This document shows positions 1 through 9,279 of a stretch of 64,000 bases of DNA, in pieces. The stretch's first letter is position 1. The number at the start of each line of letters is the position of its first letter. The notes beneath the pieces are model-generated. The model had not been told where the DNA came from. It made no database searches and was given only the letters and a program-made list of their open reading frames with translations. Source of the stretch: Candidatus Bathyarchaeota archaeon (GTDB lineage Archaea > Thermoproteota > Bathyarchaeia > Bathyarchaeales > Bathycorpusculaceae). The stretch is from the NCBI GenBank assembly GCA_963767735.1, contig CAVYES010000006.1, positions 384,001-448,000 on the forward strand. The letters are read 5' to 3'. Made by a program: the position numbers and the translations under genes.

Positions 1-91
1 CATCAGTATTCATCATGCCGAAAAGGGCGCACCCTGAGAAATCCTTGTCATCTCCGAAGGGACTGATTATTTTTCTGTCTTTACTATCCAT
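1..91 (-). CDS. Class II glutamine amidotransferase (archaeal split glutamate synthase domain 1-like), 5' part, runs off the window edge
   Basis: Manual translation MDSKDRKIISPFGDDKDFSGCALFGMMNTD: short propeptide then C-A-L-F-G, resembling the Ntn-hydrolase N-terminal Cys motif; directly downstream of the FAD oxidoreductase. Confidence 0.7.
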   Translation of the reverse strand, partial: MDSKDRKIISPFGDDKDFSGCALFGMMNTD

Positions 92-93
92 TT

Positions 94-1374
94 TTATTGC
101 ACCACACTCATTTTTCTCTGCAGACCAGTCGGCAACGTTGCCCAGCTGAAGTCATCCTCAAGAAGTTTCTGCTTGAATTTTTTCACGTTTATCGCATTTT
201 TCATAAGGTAGAAAAGAATGCCTGCTCGTTCAATGCTGTTAACAAGCGTCAAGCCTACAATAACGTTGTTTTTGAGGACAAGTTTCTTGTAGACATTTTG
301 CTCAGCGTCTTCTTTAATGAGCACTTCCAGTGCTGGATCTTCTTTAGAGTTAGCTAAGCCGATGGAAACGATAGGGATGCCAAAATACTTGAGGCTGCTC
401 ATGTTTGTGCCGCCCATGTACGCGGTTGTCTTGCCGGCCATGTTGTACCCTGCAACTTGACCTTCCAAGACTGCAAGAGGCCAGAGGGGCAAGAGGCGGT
501 TCTGGTTCATGATGAAATCGTACGTTTCAGCCACATCGCCGCTAGCGTAAACGTCAGACACGGTTGTCTGCATCATATTATCCACTACTATTCCCCTGTT
601 AATTTTCACCGCTGTTCCGGCTACCAGTTCCGTGCGTGGAACAACACCTATAGCTACGATGACAAGGTCGCAGGATAGTTGGTCACCTTTAGTTAAGATT
701 ACTCCGCCGACGGCGCCTTCGTTATCTGGTTTACCCACGATTTTCTGAACGGATTGACCAGTTACGACGTTGACGCCTGCTTTCCGAATGACACCTTCCA
801 CGAGGTCTGAACCTTTTGCGTCCAAGAGTAAGCTGAGAATTTTCTCCTGCAACTCAACCATCGTAACTTTTAAGCCGCGTTTCATGAGTGCTTCAGTTAC
901 GCTTATGCCGATAAGTCCTGCGCCTATAACCACCGCTGCCTTAGCGTTTACGCTACCAATTTTAGCTGAAAGCCGCTGTGCATCCGCCATCGTCGTGAAG
1001 GTAAACACGCCATCTTTATCTGACCCTTCCATTTTTGGAACGAAGGGTTTGCCGCCTGTGGCTATTAGCAACTTTTCATAAGCGATTTTTTCGCCACTGT
1101 CAAGTTGCACAGTTTTCTCAGTTAAGTTTATGGCTGTTGCTTTTTTGCCGGTGACTGCTTCTATGTTGTTTTCTTTCCAGAACTCGTCGCTTCGGCACTT
1201 CATTTTTTGGATGTCTGCTTTTCCACTAACAAGGTCGCTAATCATTGGGCGACTGTAATGGGCGCATGTTTCATCAGAGATTATAGTTATGGTTCCAGTC
1301 TGATCGATTTCCCGGATGGCTTCAACCGCGCCTATGCCTGCTGCTGAAGCGCCAACAACCACGTACTTTGCCAT
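94..1374 (-). CDS. FAD/NAD(P)-dependent oxidoreductase (NirB/rubredoxin reductase-like)
   Basis: VVVGASAAG FAD motif, ATGG, VIGAGLIG NAD motif, YASGD motif. Confidence 0.88.
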   Translation of the reverse strand: MAKYVVVGASAAGIGAVEAIREIDQTGTITIISDETCAHYSRPMISDLVSGKADIQKMKCRSDEFWKENNIEAVTGKKATAINLTEKTVQLDSGEKIAYEKLLIATGGKPFVPKMEGSDKDGVFTFTTMADAQRLSAKIGSVNAKAAVVIGAGLIGISVTEALMKRGLKVTMVELQEKILSLLLDAKGSDLVEGVIRKAGVNVVTGQSVQKIVGKPDNEGAVGGVILTKGDQLSCDLVIVAIGVVPRTELVAGTAVKINRGIVVDNMMQTTVSDVYASGDVAETYDFIMNQNRLLPLWPLAVLEGQVAGYNMAGKTTAYMGGTNMSSLKYFGIPIVSIGLANSKEDPALEVLIKEDAEQNVYKKLVLKNNVIVGLTLVNSIERAGILFYLMKNAINVKKFKQKLLEDDFSWATLPTGLQRKMSVVQ

Positions 1375-1818
1375 TTACGGTTTCACCTCTTTGAATATCA
1401 ACGCTTGGTTGGGGCAGTTGGCGACGCATGCTGGCTCGTCGAAGCCTTGGCATAAATCACATTTGGCAACTACGTGGCCTTCTTTATCCATTCTTATGGC
1501 GCCATATGGACAAATCATTACACATGTCCAGCACCCCATGCATTTCTCTTGATTATGGGTCACTAAACCCGTTTTTTCATCTTTTTGCATTGCGCCTGAT
1601 AAGCAAGCGGTTACGCACGGGGCATCTTCGCAGTGTCGGCATTGGATGGCGAAGGAAACCGGTTTGCTTACTTCGAGCTTTATTCTGCTTATTGGTTTTG
1701 GATGTTCAGTGTTGTAGGCTTTGACTATGTCTTTTGATTTTGAATGTTGGACTGTGCAGTACACTTCGCATAGTCCGCAGCCCATGCATACTTCTTGCTT
1801 TGCTATTATCTTTTTCAC
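1375..1818 (-). CDS. 4Fe-4S dicluster protein (CooF/DmsB-like)
   Basis: Four Cys clusters: CMGCGLCEVYC, CRHCEDAPCVTAC, CMGCWTCVMICP, CDLC...CVANCP. Confidence 0.9.
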   Translation of the reverse strand: MKKIIAKQEVCMGCGLCEVYCTVQHSKSKDIVKAYNTEHPKPISRIKLEVSKPVSFAIQCRHCEDAPCVTACLSGAMQKDEKTGLVTHNQEKCMGCWTCVMICPYGAIRMDKEGHVVAKCDLCQGFDEPACVANCPNQALIFKEVKP

Positions 1819-2095
1819 GATAGTTCAACCTCATTAATTTTTATGTTTAGCGTGGACAAGTGAGCATAAGAATGTGCAGTTCAACATCGCTTGTGCAAAA
1901 AACGCTTTTGTTTGTGGTTGATTGGTTACCACAAGTCAGGATTATTTTGCGGGTGTTTACTGCCATTTTTACCACTTTTCGCTTGGAGTTAGCCCACATA
2001 AATGGCATTTATTCTATATAACTATGTTGCTAATCATTTATATGCCACTTCATGAAATATGTTATCTAAATGAAACATATATCAGGTGAACTGTT

Positions 2096-3199
2096 TTGGC
2101 GGAAAAAGACTTAGGCTATAGACGGGTCCAATGCACGGGCAGAGGCTCATACATAATATCGCTACCTAAAGAATGGGTCCAAGACCTGGAGCTAAAACGA
2201 GGCAGCGAAATAGCATTCAACATCCAACCAGACTCAACATTAACGTTGGTTCCACGGAAAATACAGGAAAAAGAAGGCAGAGGCACCGCAGCTAAACTTA
2301 AAGAATACTTTATCTCCGTTGACCCCAAAGAACCCATACAATCTACTCTACGCATGACCCGTGCATTATACGCCATAGGCGCCGACATAATAAGAGTCCA
2401 CTTCAAAAACGCTCAAGACGCAGTAAAATACAAAAACGAAATAAAAAACTTGGCTAGAGACAACTTTCTTGGCTCAGAAATAATAGATGAAACAACCGAC
2501 GAAATTACCCTGCAAATCCTCATAAAACCCTCAGAATTCCCCATTGAAAAAGCGGTTAGACGAATGGCTATCGTGGCGCTTTCCGCGAACAGAGACGCCA
2601 TCGCCGCTTTGAAGGAGAGAAGTACTGCCTTGTTTGACAGCGTAATCAACGCTCACAATGATGTAAACCGCTTGGGATTATACATTGTTCGCCAGCTAAA
2701 ATATGGAATAGAACGCAACCTATACCGTGAACTCGGCTTTAGGACACCTAAAGAGTTCCTTTTATATCGTATTGCGGTAAACGACATCGAAAGCATCGCT
2801 CAAAACGCCATGAACATCATAAACAACCTGGGTTCACTGCAGAAACTCATCGACGACGAAACGCTGTTCATAAAAGACCCCATAGATGAAGAAATATATA
2901 ATCAACTTGTGAATTTCAGCACGCAAGCCAACCAACTGTACGACGACGCCATAAAGGCACTCTTCAAACGAGAATACAAAGACGCAGAAAAACTCATCTC
3001 AAAACGCGACTCTCTGGAACCGCTCGAAAACGAGTTAATCATGCTGATGTCGAGCAAAAAACTGGATCCAAACATAGCCTCAGTGCTTCGCTTAATTTTT
3101 GACAGTTCAAGACGCATAATGGATTACAGCAGAAACATGGCAGAACTAACACTAAACCGAACCGTAGAAGAACTATGCTCAACATTCGCATACAAATAA
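2096..3199 (+). CDS. AbrB-PhoU-PhoU family regulator (archaeal phosphate uptake regulator-like)
   Basis: N-terminal RRVQCTGRGSYIISLPKEW AbrB-like domain followed by two PhoU-like helical bundles. Confidence 0.85.
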   Translation: MAEKDLGYRRVQCTGRGSYIISLPKEWVQDLELKRGSEIAFNIQPDSTLTLVPRKIQEKEGRGTAAKLKEYFISVDPKEPIQSTLRMTRALYAIGADIIRVHFKNAQDAVKYKNEIKNLARDNFLGSEIIDETTDEITLQILIKPSEFPIEKAVRRMAIVALSANRDAIAALKERSTALFDSVINAHNDVNRLGLYIVRQLKYGIERNLYRELGFRTPKEFLLYRIAVNDIESIAQNAMNIINNLGSLQKLIDDETLFIKDPIDEEIYNQLVNFSTQANQLYDDAIKALFKREYKDAEKLISKRDSLEPLENELIMLMSSKKLDPNIASVLRLIFDSSRRIMDYSRNMAELTLNRTVEELCSTFAYK

Positions 3200-3470
3200 G
3201 TTTTTATCTAAACACCTCTTAAGCTGGGAGGGCTGTTGAGTTAAGTGAAAGTCGATTCAGTGCCAATGAAAAAATCGCTAAAAAACTGAAAGATTGGTTG
3301 TAGACACCTTAACCATCGATCTGGAAAAAGCTATAAAATATTATGAAGAGAGCAAGAAACTGGAATAGGGGAGGTTGTCTGCAACATAAAAGAGCGGATA
3401 GCTTATCTAAAAAAGCAAGCTTGGTTAGAGAATAAATTCAGTAAGAAAACTGGACGTTGAATTAAAGTGA

Positions 3471-3579
3471 TGGTGCTCCGGCCGGGATTTGGACCCGGGT
3501 CCGCGACTTAAGAGGCCGCTATACTTAGTCCCTTAATAAGAAGTCTTAGTAAGGTTTGACCGGACTATACTACCGGAGC
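3471..3579 (-). tRNA. Intron-containing tRNA with tRNA-Glu-type body but CTT anticodon (possible pseudo-tRNA)
   Basis: Spliced form GCTCCGGTAGTATAGTCCGGTCAA/GTATAGCGGCCTCTTAAGTCGCGGACCCGGGTCCAAATCCCGGCCGGAGCACCA folds as a cloverleaf with encoded CCA; 31-nt D-loop intron 3525-3555 with a BHB-like motif. Confidence 0.85.
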
Positions 3580-3689
3580 ATTCGCAAAAGGGTTATCTCT
3601 TACAGATAAATATCTTTTCATGCACTTTAGAACTAAAACGAATCGAAGGTAAAACACTTATACATTGTCATGGTTAATCTGGTGTACCA

Positions 3690-3998
3690 GTGGTGAACAA
3701 TGCTTTGATGACGCTTGATGAAACAAAACAGCAATTGCAAGAACTCAAACCTGTTCTCAAAGAAAAGTATAAAGTGGAAACAATAGAAATTTTCGGCTCA
3801 TACGTTAGAAGTGGGCAAACACCACAAAGCGACATTGACCTTCTTGTTACATTCTCAGAAACACCCGACATCGTAGGTGTCAACAACATCAAAAGATTTC
3901 TCAGAAGAAAACTCGGCGTAAAAGTTGACCTAGTTTCAAAAAAATACCTAAACCCAATCATTAAAGACAGGGTTCTAAAAGAAGCTATACCCGTATGA
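3690..3998 (+). CDS. MNT minimal nucleotidyltransferase antitoxin
   Basis: FGSYVR...SDIDLLV motif, ~100 aa, overlaps the downstream HEPN gene. Confidence 0.9.
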   Translation: MVNNALMTLDETKQQLQELKPVLKEKYKVETIEIFGSYVRSGQTPQSDIDLLVTFSETPDIVGVNNIKRFLRRKLGVKVDLVSKKYLNPIIKDRVLKEAIPV

Positions 3999-4360
3999 AG
4001 AAAGTACGTGGTCCATCAGATTACAAGCTTTATCTTCAAGAAATAGTTTTGCACATTAAAATAATTGAAGAGTACACAAAAGGGATGACGCTTGACCAAT
4101 TTATTCATGATTGAAAAACTGTAGATGCTGTAGATACTAACTTGCGGAACATCGGCGAAGCCATGAACGTTTTATCAAAAATTCCAGATATGAAATCAAA
4201 ATTTTATCAATATCATGTTCCTTGGCAGGACATAGCAAGTTTACGCCATTTTCTTTCGCATGAGTATTTCAGCAGAGACCCAGAAATCATATGGAAAAAC
4301 GCTACTTCACTTCTACCCAGAATTAAACCTCAAATCAAGAAAATGCTAAATGAATCTTAA
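3995..4360 (+). pseudogene. HEPN (DUF86/HepT) toxin interrupted by an in-frame TGA
   Basis: ATG at 3995 gives MKKVRGPSDYKLYLQEI...FIHD*KTVDAV...IGEA...PWQDIASLRHFLSHEY; TGA at 4112-4114; R-x4-H motif retained. Confidence 0.8.
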
Positions 4361-4392
4361 AGCAGAACGAATCCACAAAATTATTCGAAAAA

Positions 4393-4746
4393 CTATGTTT
4401 CCTCGTCTATGTTTAGGAACTGCTTAATGGTTTTCATGATTTCAGTTAGCCCTTTCTCCGTTATAGGGGGTTGATAAGGAATTCTGAGCACATCCCACCC
4501 CTGAGCTTCCAAAAGTTCATCGATTTCGCTATCTCGCTTTTGCTGTTTATCGCTCGAATGTACTGGTAAGCCATCCAGATAAACAATTTTTCGTTTATTC
4601 ATCCAGCAAAAATCAGGAATCGTTGATTTTAATATGATTGGTTTTTGTGTCAGCATGCCGCTGGTTAATCCAGCTTTGCTTAATTCGTGGAAAACCGCCA
4701 TTTCTGCTTGGCTGACTTTAGGATGCATATTTTCTTTATAGCTCAA
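4393..4746 (-). CDS. DUF559/Vsr-like PD-(D/E)xK endonuclease-fold protein
   Basis: PDF...YLDG..H....RD...LEAQGWDVLRI pattern. Confidence 0.7.
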   Translation of the reverse strand: MSYKENMHPKVSQAEMAVFHELSKAGLTSGMLTQKPIILKSTIPDFCWMNKRKIVYLDGLPVHSSDKQQKRDSEIDELLEAQGWDVLRIPYQPPITEKGLTEIMKTIKQFLNIDEET

Positions 4747-4835
4747 GTTAGGCTCACAAAAAGTAGCATTGCATCTGAGGCTTAATAAATTTAATACAAA
4801 AAAGCGGTTAGATTGTATGCAGTAACCAAAAGTAG

Positions 4836-4937
4836 ACTTGGCGGATCGCCCTTGTTAATCCGAAACGCGAATCAAAAATAGGCCCTGTTGTCAGGGTACA
4901 GCAACCCGCGCCTCGTTTAACAGCTGACCCGCCAAGT
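4836..4937 (-). ncRNA. Putative structured ncRNA (long imperfect hairpin), family unknown
   Basis: Four nested stems on the minus strand with multiple G-U pairs; T-run immediately 3'. Confidence 0.45.
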
Positions 4938-5099
4938 ATGGGTGTACCTCTTGGATGGCTATTTTCTCGCGAACTAACAGGACTTCGCCAAGTATAAATG
5001 GAATTGTGATTGTATAATTGCAACAACAAGCGTGCAAGCTTCTATATTAAATCCAATTTTTAAAGTTGCAAATGATTAAAGAAAGCGGTTGCTTTTGCA

Positions 5100-5330
5100 T
5101 TATTCATTTATTATTTCCTGTGTTTCTTCGTAAACTATGGGCATAATTGTTACGTTGTCTTTTACGTTATCTTTTTCTTTTTTGAGTGGTTTCTCTTGTC
5201 TTTTCGTTGGTCTTTTTTGGTCGCCGATGCAATACATGCACCATCCTATTAGGAATATGAAGACTAATGCTGGAAGAAGCACAATCGTCACGATTTTGCT
5301 GCGTTTACGTTTGCCTTTTGGAGGTACCAA
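5100..5330 (-). CDS. Small single-pass membrane protein
   Basis: Basic N-terminus, hydrophobic helix, charged tail. Confidence 0.6.
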   Translation of the reverse strand: MVPPKGKRKRSKIVTIVLLPALVFIFLIGWCMYCIGDQKRPTKRQEKPLKKEKDNVKDNVTIMPIVYEETQEIINE

Positions 5331-5456
5331 CTTTGCACCTGATAACCCAAATTCGAGATGGCAAAATAAGCTTTGATTCCTTCAAATAAAGATGCTAAAT
5401 CAATAATTCAGGTCAACATTGAAGTGAACAAAAAAAGAAAGGTAACGTCTCTCAAG

Positions 5457-7889
5457 CTAATCTTCCATATCAGCTTTCATTTTTTTCTCTTGCCCCGCGA
5501 CGGGTGGATACTCTTTGAGTTTATCTGCCATGTCTTTAAGTTGTTTGTTTACATAATAATTGACTGTTCCTTCCTCAAAGCTTCCATCGGCTCCTCTTTG
5601 CCCAGCTTTTGTTCCAGTAAGAACTTCTATTCCTTCGTCGATTGTTTTGACTGAGTAAATACTAAATTTGCCTGCTTTCGCTGCTTCAACAACTTCTTCT
5701 TTAAGCATTAGGTTTTGCACGTTGCTTTCCGGTATCATTACTCCTTGCTGTCCAGTGAACCCCTTAAGCTTGCAGATTTCAAAGAAGCCCTCAATTTTCT
5801 CGTTTACTCCGCCTATGGCTTGGACTTCACCTTTCTGATTAACTGAACCTGTTACTGCTATGTTCTGCTTTATTGGCAGTCCAGAAAGCGCTGATAAAAT
5901 CGAGTATAATTCGGTGCTTGAAGCGCTGTCGCCTTCGACTCCTCCATAACTCTGTTCAAAAACAAGCCTTGCTGAAAGACTCAACAGTTTGTCCCGAGCG
6001 TACTTGTCATTTATGTAGCCACTTAGAATTAAGACGCCTTTTGTGTGTATGGGTCCGCCCATTTTGGCTTCTCTTTCAATGTCGATTACTCCTTCTCTGC
6101 CTAAGCCAATGCTTGCCGTTACCCGCGATGGGGTGCCGAAGGCAAAGTCGCCTAGCCCCATAACGGATAAGCCATTCACCTGCCCCACCCTTTCTTCAAC
6201 AGTATCAATTAGGTAGAATCCGCGAGTTATCATTTCTTGAATCTTTTCTTGGATGAGCTTCGAGCGGTAAACTTTTTCTTCTACCGCTTTTTTAACATGA
6301 TTTCCATTTATGAATTCGGCGTTTTCTTGGGAAGCATAATAGTTTGCTTCGCGAATTATGTCAGCAATATGAGAAAATTGCGTGGAAAGCTTGTATTGGT
6401 CGTCCGCAACCCTTGAGCTGTACTCTACAATTTTAGCTAATCCTGTGCCGTCAAGGTGTTTGAGCTTTTCTTTTTCACAAAGTGTGCATACCCAAGCGGC
6501 ATACTGCATTACTTTATCTTCAGTTCTATCCATCACTGAATCAAATTCGGCTTTAATCTTGAAAAGCTCTCTAAAATCAGTGTCCAACTGGAATAATAAC
6601 TGGTAAATGTAGGGATCACCAATTAAAATAACCTTGGCTGTTAAAGGAATAGGTTGAGGCTTAAGGGTTTTAACACTGAGAAAACCATAACGCTCTTCCG
6701 GTTCTTCTATAGCTATGTTTCCGTCTCTGAGGTCTCGCTTCAAACCGTCGTAGGAGAACGGGTTTCTTAGTAACTCTTCAACTGGAACTATTAAGTATCC
6801 GCCGTTAGCCTTGTGTATAGCTCCAGCTCGAATCATGGAGAAGTCGGTGGTTAAGGCGCCGAACTGAGCTTCCTTCTCTGTTCTACCGAGAAGATTAAGA
6901 TAAGTGGGGTTTGTCTCCATGACAACAGGTGCACCCTTCGTTTCCGCATTATCGATGACGACGTTTACATCATATTTCTTATAGGGATCCTCTCTCATCC
7001 ATGGCATTTCGAATGGAAGCTGCTGCTCTTGGCTTTCACCGACTCTTCTTATGAACCGTTGGAGATTATCCAAAATGTCATTTTCCACAGCCTTAAGGTA
7101 ACTCGTTACTTCAGGAGCATCTCTGTACTTATCACTAATACTCATCACTTGATTGCCGATGGCGTAGAGCGCAACTTCTTTGTTTAGTTTCTTTATAGCT
7201 TCGTGGATTTTTCTCTCCATATCTATTAGTTGCCTCATTGTGTTTCTAAATTCGGTTTCTAACTTTTCCCTTTTTTCTTGGATTTTATCCTTCGTTTTCT
7301 GAGGCAACGCTAACATTTCTTCTTCGCTGAGCGGTTTGCCATCTAATACTGGAATAAGCAAAAGGCCAATCGGCGTTGTTTGAATTACAAAGCCTTCCCG
7401 TTGAGCCTCTTGGTTCAATTCGTCAATTAACTGTTTTCTCTGATTTTCCAGTCCTTGAATTGTGGCTTCTCTTCTCGTAGCGTAATCTTCACTTTCAAAA
7501 GCTTTAGGAAGCGCGTTCTTAACGTTTTCAATAAAGTTTTTCATGTCTTCGCGGAATTCCTTTCCTTTTCCGGCTGGCAACTGAATCGCTTTCGGCTCGT
7601 ACGGGTTAGCAAAATTATTGACGTAACACCAGTCAGGGGGAACTGGCTGAATTTTAGCTTGGGCTTCCACGAAGTTTTTAACCGCGGTTTTCCTGCCTGT
7701 TCCAGGGTAACCGGCAACGTACATGTTGAAGCCGTGGTCTTTTATGCCGAGGCCGAATTTTAAGGCTCGAACGGCTCTTTCTTGACCGATGATTTCGCTT
7801 AATGGGGCAAGGTCATGGGTTGATTCACAATGCATAAAATTAGATTCGCATTCTTTTCTGAGCTTTTCTATTGGCAACTTGTTTATCAT
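5457..7889 (-). CDS. Lon-like protease (LonC/AAA_32 type)
   Basis: IIGQERA, degenerate Walker A GYPGTGRKT, GAIHKANGGYL, catalytic EGDSAS and IGGVNEKIEGF. Confidence 0.9.
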   Translation of the reverse strand: MINKLPIEKLRKECESNFMHCESTHDLAPLSEIIGQERAVRALKFGLGIKDHGFNMYVAGYPGTGRKTAVKNFVEAQAKIQPVPPDWCYVNNFANPYEPKAIQLPAGKGKEFREDMKNFIENVKNALPKAFESEDYATRREATIQGLENQRKQLIDELNQEAQREGFVIQTTPIGLLLIPVLDGKPLSEEEMLALPQKTKDKIQEKREKLETEFRNTMRQLIDMERKIHEAIKKLNKEVALYAIGNQVMSISDKYRDAPEVTSYLKAVENDILDNLQRFIRRVGESQEQQLPFEMPWMREDPYKKYDVNVVIDNAETKGAPVVMETNPTYLNLLGRTEKEAQFGALTTDFSMIRAGAIHKANGGYLIVPVEELLRNPFSYDGLKRDLRDGNIAIEEPEERYGFLSVKTLKPQPIPLTAKVILIGDPYIYQLLFQLDTDFRELFKIKAEFDSVMDRTEDKVMQYAAWVCTLCEKEKLKHLDGTGLAKIVEYSSRVADDQYKLSTQFSHIADIIREANYYASQENAEFINGNHVKKAVEEKVYRSKLIQEKIQEMITRGFYLIDTVEERVGQVNGLSVMGLGDFAFGTPSRVTASIGLGREGVIDIEREAKMGGPIHTKGVLILSGYINDKYARDKLLSLSARLVFEQSYGGVEGDSASSTELYSILSALSGLPIKQNIAVTGSVNQKGEVQAIGGVNEKIEGFFEICKLKGFTGQQGVMIPESNVQNLMLKEEVVEAAKAGKFSIYSVKTIDEGIEVLTGTKAGQRGADGSFEEGTVNYYVNKQLKDMADKLKEYPPVAGQEKKMKADMED

Positions 7890-7993
7890 GTTAAAATCAC
7901 TTCATTTTATCCACAGAACTAGTATACTTTAAGTTTCTTTTGGTCAGTAATTAAGTTTCTGTTGCCCCTTTTCCAGCGTTATCTAATCAGGCG

Positions 7994-8545
7994 CTAGCTT
8001 TTATTCAAGAGAATGAAACGCTTAATTAATTCAGGATTCCTTACTTCGGGATGAAAAAGCGCACCGTAGATTGGCTTGGTTTTATGTTTGATGATTTGAA
8101 CGCATTTTGTGGATTTTGCCCAAACATAAAAAACCCCTGAAGGCTCCACGCAGTAGCTGTGAAGTGAGTAAGCCTTGAAGTCTTCAGAGAAAAGCGGGTT
8201 TTCTTTTATCATTTTTATTTGCGTCATGCCTATCTCCAAACATCGAATCAAGTTCATGCCGAAAGCTGCCCCTATGGTTTCCATGCCTGCGCAGATTCCT
8301 AAAACTGGCTTTTCCGTTTCTTTGAGCCACATGAACTTTTCTAGTTGACTTAAAGTGGCTGTATCTTTGAGTGTTGTGCCCGAAAGAATCACGTTGTCAC
8401 ATTGACTTAGGTCTTGGTTGGTTACTTCACGGAAATGTTTTACGGCGCATTCATCCTGTGCTTTAGCAATTGCGATTATAGGTAAAACGAACTCATAGAA
8501 GCCTAAAGAATTCTTCTTCCAATTCATGTCTACAACAAGAATCAT
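7994..8545 (-). CDS. Class I glutamine amidotransferase (GuaA-N-like)
   Basis: PVLGICAG nucleophile and FHPE catalytic triad. Confidence 0.85.
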   Translation of the reverse strand: MILVVDMNWKKNSLGFYEFVLPIIAIAKAQDECAVKHFREVTNQDLSQCDNVILSGTTLKDTATLSQLEKFMWLKETEKPVLGICAGMETIGAAFGMNLIRCLEIGMTQIKMIKENPLFSEDFKAYSLHSYCVEPSGVFYVWAKSTKCVQIIKHKTKPIYGALFHPEVRNPELIKRFILLNKS

Positions 8546-9222
8546 TTGGAAACCAGCCGAGCCTGCTTTATTATGAATACTCCAGAATTTCCCTTAAATT
8601 CAACGCTGTGTTCAAGGACTTCGATTTTCTTTTTGAATATAGGTGCATCTAAAACTGTTGTTTCAATTTCGCCGCCTTCTCCGGCTGGGCTTAAGCCATA
8701 TTTTTGTTGTAGGTCAACTAGCCTATCTATTAGGTTAGTGTCGATTTGTTTTCCAAGCCATTTTTCGTCAAGGGGATAAGCGAAAACTCCAGAAATAATC
8801 ACGTTAAACTTTTTTTCAAGAAGCTCTTTTAAAAGTGCTTTCTGGTCATGCTTCCACAAAGGGTTAAAACACCACAATCCAAGATGATTGCAAATCCGCT
8901 GAACGCGTTCGCCTTGGTAAACTGACTCCACTGCGCCCGTCACCACACCCTCAATCTGGTACTTTCTGGATGCCTCAGCTATTGCATCTTCCAATTCTGA
9001 GAGTTCCTTTTCTTTTTCGCCCTGAGTTGTTTTTGTTATTTGAGGCAATCCTAATGCTTCTGCTTGAAGCTCCGAAATCTCAATGTTTGGAGTATGATAC
9101 ATGAAACTCTCCTTATTTTTTGAAATTATGGTGATGAGGCACACGACTTCTTCTTTCTCAGCCGCGTAGTGTAGGGCAAGCGTTGAGTCTTTGCCGCCTG
9201 AAAACAGAACTCCAAGTCGCAT
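8542..9222 (-). CDS. Diphthine-ammonia ligase family PP-loop ATPase (Dph6/MJ0570-like)
   Basis: SGGKDS PP-loop, SFMYHTPN, GEGGEIET motifs. Confidence 0.88.
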   Translation of the reverse strand: MRLGVLFSGGKDSTLALHYAAEKEEVVCLITIISKNKESFMYHTPNIEISELQAEALGLPQITKTTQGEKEKELSELEDAIAEASRKYQIEGVVTGAVESVYQGERVQRICNHLGLWCFNPLWKHDQKALLKELLEKKFNVIISGVFAYPLDEKWLGKQIDTNLIDRLVDLQQKYGLSPAGEGGEIETTVLDAPIFKKKIEVLEHSVEFKGNSGVFIIKQARLVSK

Positions 9223-9279
9223 GGCTACCTTAAAAAAGAAAACTTGTTTATATGCCTGCTTGAAACAGGCGTTTTGGGC

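Noticed and set aside
4112-4114. TGA as selenocysteine or genome-wide recoding
   Set aside because: Not at a Cys-equivalent position, no SECIS noticed, and TGA is used as a normal stop elsewhere in the window.
4808-5029. 73-aa ORF over the hairpin region
   Set aside because: No recognisable features; the G-U-rich pairing pattern is better explained as RNA structure.
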